This document shows, in pieces, positions 61,964 to 64,000 of a stretch of DNA of 64,000 nt (positions are counted from its first letter, which is position 1; each line of letters begins with the position of its first letter). The DNA comes from Candidatus Saccharimonadales bacterium (GTDB lineage: Bacteria > Patescibacteriota > Saccharimonadia > Saccharimonadales > JANWIN01). Below the pieces are notes generated by a model that was given only the letters and a program-made list of their open reading frames with translations, was not told the DNA's origin and did no database searches. A program made the translations under genes and the position numbers. The stretch is from positions 68,305 through 132,304 of the forward strand of contig JBBRLY010000013.1 in the NCBI GenBank assembly GCA_038231155.1, given 5' to 3'.

Positions 61964-62107
61964 ATGGGTAATCCAGGGGCTCTTGCAAATGTTGAGGAGA
62001 CCTTCATGCATTTAGAAGAAGAAGACGCAAGGGTTAGTGATTTAATAGCTAGAGTAGACAATTTTGACTTAAGAAGAGAGCCAGAAGATCTTCGTCCTAC
62101 TGCGTAA
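61964..62107 (+). CDS. possible small acidic ORF (47 aa from ATG; the frame is open from 61841)
   Basis: The plus frame reads ...ITEILSFEEFKQANARTIGNTAIGKMGNPGALANVEETFMHLEEEDARVSDLIARVDNFDLRREPEDLRPTA*. The 97-aa minus-strand track ORF (61843-62136) is Ser/Leu-rich and looks antisense. The strand call is uncertain. Confidence 0.3.
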   Translation: MGNPGALANVEETFMHLEEEDARVSDLIARVDNFDLRREPEDLRPTA

Positions 62108-62280
62108 AGAAGAAAAGCGTATCGCCCTCTAGGCACATAGTTATTCTTAGCTCGGTTCCAAGTGACAGCTAAATTATCCCTCCATCATCCCAGTTCTTCG
62201 TACAATTGGTGCCAATTTTGTTGGATTAGCTCCACTAGAACAAAAGCATTATCGTAAAGTGCTAATTCTTTGTTTATTTT

Positions 62281-62320
62281 GGCTCTAATTCCATCAATGG
62301 TGCTGCACCGCGGATTTTAC
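62281..62320 (+). repeat. R3: degenerate copy of the tRNA-Tyr 3' end plus its 10-nt downstream flank
   Basis: GGCTCTAATTCCATCAATGGTGCTGCACCGCGGATTTTAC against tRNA end plus flank GGTTCGAATCCTACACCCTGCACCACGGATTTTAC. Confidence 0.65.
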
Positions 62321-62371
62321 AAACATTGTAATTTAGTCAGCATTGAGTTCCAAATGTCGGACTGTAACTAT

Positions 62372-62400
62372 AAAAAGACCTCCATTGCAGGAGGCCTTTT
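62372..62400. terminator. bidirectional-looking terminator hairpin (serves the minus-strand ORF 62413-62619)
   Basis: AAAAAGA-CCTCC-attgca-GGAGG-CCTTTT. Confidence 0.6.
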
Positions 62401-62412
62401 CCGACACACTGA

Positions 62413-62619
62413 TTAATATCGATTTCGGAGTCTTTGAGCAATATGCCTAAAGTGTCGTCTCATATCAAAACTATTTTCTAGTAGTTCAACCTTGAGTTCT
62501 GGCGGTGTATCGCTAGAGATATAATCCGACGGTTCATGGGCGTTATTTAAATATTGCTCAAAGAAGACTTTTGAGTGTTTTTGCTGTTTGTTCTTTATCG
62601 CCTTTGTTGAATGCGACAT
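62413..62619 (-). CDS. 68-aa hypothetical protein
   Basis: ATG at 62619 preceded by SD AAAGGTGGAG. MSHSTKAIKNKQQKHSKVFFEQYL... The track start (TTG 62685) is less likely. Confidence 0.5.
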   Translation of the reverse strand: MSHSTKAIKNKQQKHSKVFFEQYLNNAHEPSDYISSDTPPELKVELLENSFDMRRHFRHIAQRLRNRY

Positions 62620-62844
62620 ACTCCACCTTTCGTTATTTGCCTTATAGAACAAGCCTAACAGTTTAGGTAACACCCTTCTTCCCAATGATGTGCGTAATAA
62701 TGTCAGCTCACTACCTATAGCATAGTTATACTCCTTTCAATAGTCTGTGCGTGTTATCACGGGCTTTTAACTTAAGTGTAATTGGAGTAGCCTTGATTCT
62801 TGCTTCAGTAAGTGCTCCCCGTCACATAGTTAAGTGAACCAATA

Positions 62845-63594
62845 ATGACCAAGGCAACACTTTTGCGTGAGAGTATCCCTACGAATTTTACATTGCCAAG
62901 TAGTATACTTAATCTCATGACTAAAGACATTCTAGCGGTTATGCCCACTGAAAAAGCTAAGGAAGAAGACTTTGACACACACTTTAGTGATGGACTGATT
63001 TTGAAGTATTCAAAAGGAGATACCATTATTAATGGTTTAGATGAACCGTAAGGTGTCTTTATTATTAAGAAAGGCTTCGTCAAAGCCTATACTATAACTA
63101 AATCAGGTCAAGAAAATCTTTTGTTGGTTCACGACACTGGAGAGTTTATACCCCTGCTCTGGGCTTTAGACGGCTCGCATTCAGATGGGCTATATTATGA
63201 AGCAATGTCCGACGTCACGGTATTGAAAACTTCAAAGGGAAAACTGCTATCCCTCATGAATGATAATATCTGGTTATCTCAGGAAATTCTAAAACAGGCA
63301 GTGCACATTATCACAAATTACTATCAAAGAATTCAAGCTCTAGAGTTTCGTACAGCTCGTCAAAGAATTGTTGCTGAGCTATTAAACCTTACGGAGATGT
63401 TTGGTAAAATGAATGGTAAAATGGTCCTTATAGAAGCCCCTGTAACTCATCAAGATATAGCTAACTCAATTAATATGACCCGCGAGACCGCAAGTCGAGC
63501 ATTAGGCTTACTCTTTGTGGAAGAACTTTTGAGTCAAAACGAACACTTTCTTACAATTTTAGATTTGCCAAAGTTACAAAAAGAGCTTGGCTAG
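62845..63594 (+). pseudogene. Crp/Fnr-family transcriptional regulator interrupted by one in-frame TAA (codon 69)
   Basis: Track ORFs 62845-63051 and 63121-63594 share a frame. The only interruption is TAA at 63049-63051. The 23 codons after it (GVFIIKKGFVKAYTITKSGQENL) complete the cNMP-binding beta-roll. The HTH HQDIANSINMTRETASRAL is intact. Confidence 0.7.
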
Positions 63595-63740
63595 TAATAA
63601 AAAGACCCCCTATTAGTATGCCAAGGGTCTAGTGACATGCTGCTTAATAATTTGATACGGGCTACCATGACCAAGTTCTATTAAACGTTAAAACATACAA
63701 ACGAGCTGTGCGATGCGTCACGTCACAAGAAGCATCACCA

Positions 63741-63774
63741 ACCTATTACCCCTTGGAATAATAGGTATATTTTT
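63741..63774 (+). terminator. AT-rich hairpin plus T-run (weak terminator candidate)
   Basis: ACCTATTA-ccccttggaa-TAATAGGT followed by ATATTTTT. Confidence 0.35.
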
Positions 63775-63806
63775 CCTCATACTATAGTAAAAGCACTGTG
63801 TTAATT

Positions 63807-63848
63807 TAGTAGTAAGGTTCTAACCTCGTCGATCACCCTGCACCACGG
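63807..63848 (+). repeat. R4: degenerate copy of the tRNA-Tyr 3' half
   Basis: TAGTAGTAAGGTTCTAACCTCGTCGATCACCCTGCACCACGG. It closely parallels R1 and ends with the tRNA-flank-like CACGG. Confidence 0.7.
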
Positions 63849-63894
63849 TTTAGAACGTGTATTTAGCAAGATATTTCTAGTAATATAGCTAGGT

Positions 63895-64000
63895 ATGAGC
63901 AAGATAAAAGTCACATGCGGAATTGCGATTTCAATTGATGGATTTGTCGCAGGACTTAATCAAACCTTTGAAAAACCATTTGGTGATATACCTAAAAACT
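63895..64000 (+). CDS. 5' end of a RibD_C / dihydrofolate-reductase-like family protein (3'-truncated by window edge)
   Basis: MSKIKVTCGIAISIDGFVAGLNQTFEKPFGD matches the N-terminal beta-strand/ligand motif of this family. TAATAT (63881-63886) lies 8 nt before the ATG. Confidence 0.5.
   Translation, partial: MSKIKVTCGIAISIDGFVAGLNQTFEKPFGDIPKN

Noticed and set aside
62805-63083. 92-aa minus-strand ORF spanning the TAA of the crp-like gene.
   Set aside because: It is antisense to a frame with clear Crp/Fnr homology on both sides of the stop, and its composition is Ser/Leu-rich.
63603-63630. Hairpin AGACCC-N16-GGGTCT just after the crp-like gene, and the ORF-free 63631-63806 segment as a possible small RNA.
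   Set aside because: On the plus strand the stem lacks a U-tract. On the minus strand it has one (TTTTTATT), but no convincing minus-strand gene lies to its right, only 15-25-codon ORFs. The evidence is too weak to call an sRNA.
1-64000. Alternative genetic code (UGA as Gly or Trp, as in some CPR lineages or Mollicutes).
   Set aside because: TGA terminates recognisable full-length genes at the expected ends (rpoB, holB, the TPR protein, rplN and others), and conserved proteins read through without in-frame TGA. This is the standard code.
1-64000. CRISPR arrays, rRNA genes, transposases/IS elements, integrases, DGR template/variable repeat pairs, toxin-antitoxin pairs.
   Set aside because: None was recognised by eye on either strand. 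The only repeat family seen is the set of tRNA-Tyr-derived copies. A by-eye scan cannot exclude short or diverged repeats.

Overview
This window is gene-dense and almost entirely core genome, from a small, moderately AT-rich bacterial genome that uses the standard code (TGA, TAA and TAG all end recognisable genes). All calls come from reading the sequence and the ORF track. No searches were run. Coordinates of non-ORF features were hand-counted against ORF anchors and may be off by 1-2 nt.

The centre (27.1-55.0 kb) is one co-directional block: rpoB-rpoC, str (rpsL-rpsG-fusA-tuf), S10, spc and alpha operons, then rplM-rpsI. rpmD (L30) is missing between rpsE and rplO. adk and map are missing after secY. 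bL36 is a Cys-less form. With the compact gene spacing, this suggests a CPR/Patescibacteria, Saccharibacteria-like organism. That placement is inference and is not verified.

The flanks carry housekeeping genes: malic enzyme, rplS, rnhB, pepN, nusA, clpC, radA, a class A PBP, tyrS, recG, rsmD, hisS, tig, clpP, trpS, rluD-like, holB, and three tRNAs.

Points worth a second look:
1. A 3.8-kb accessory stretch after tRNA-Tyr (60.05-63.85 kb) in which four degenerate copies of the tRNA 3' half separate very small gene cassettes. No recombinase is visible.
2. A Crp/Fnr-family gene there with a single in-frame TAA.
3. Near-perfect CIRCE (HrcA operator) inverted repeats over the -35 boxes of both clpC and clpP.
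4. Four orphan ORFs wedged inside the otherwise canonical str/S10 ribosomal operons, and an S10 operon split by a promoter plus terminator-like leader before rplC.
5. A promoter followed immediately by an intrinsic-terminator-like hairpin in the nusA leader.
6. A recurring -10 box 6-9 nt upstream of ATG, pointing to widespread leaderless transcripts.
7. An apparently orphan, divergent class I-beta DAHP-synthase-like gene next to trpS.

I saw no CRISPR array, rRNA, transposase or integrase.
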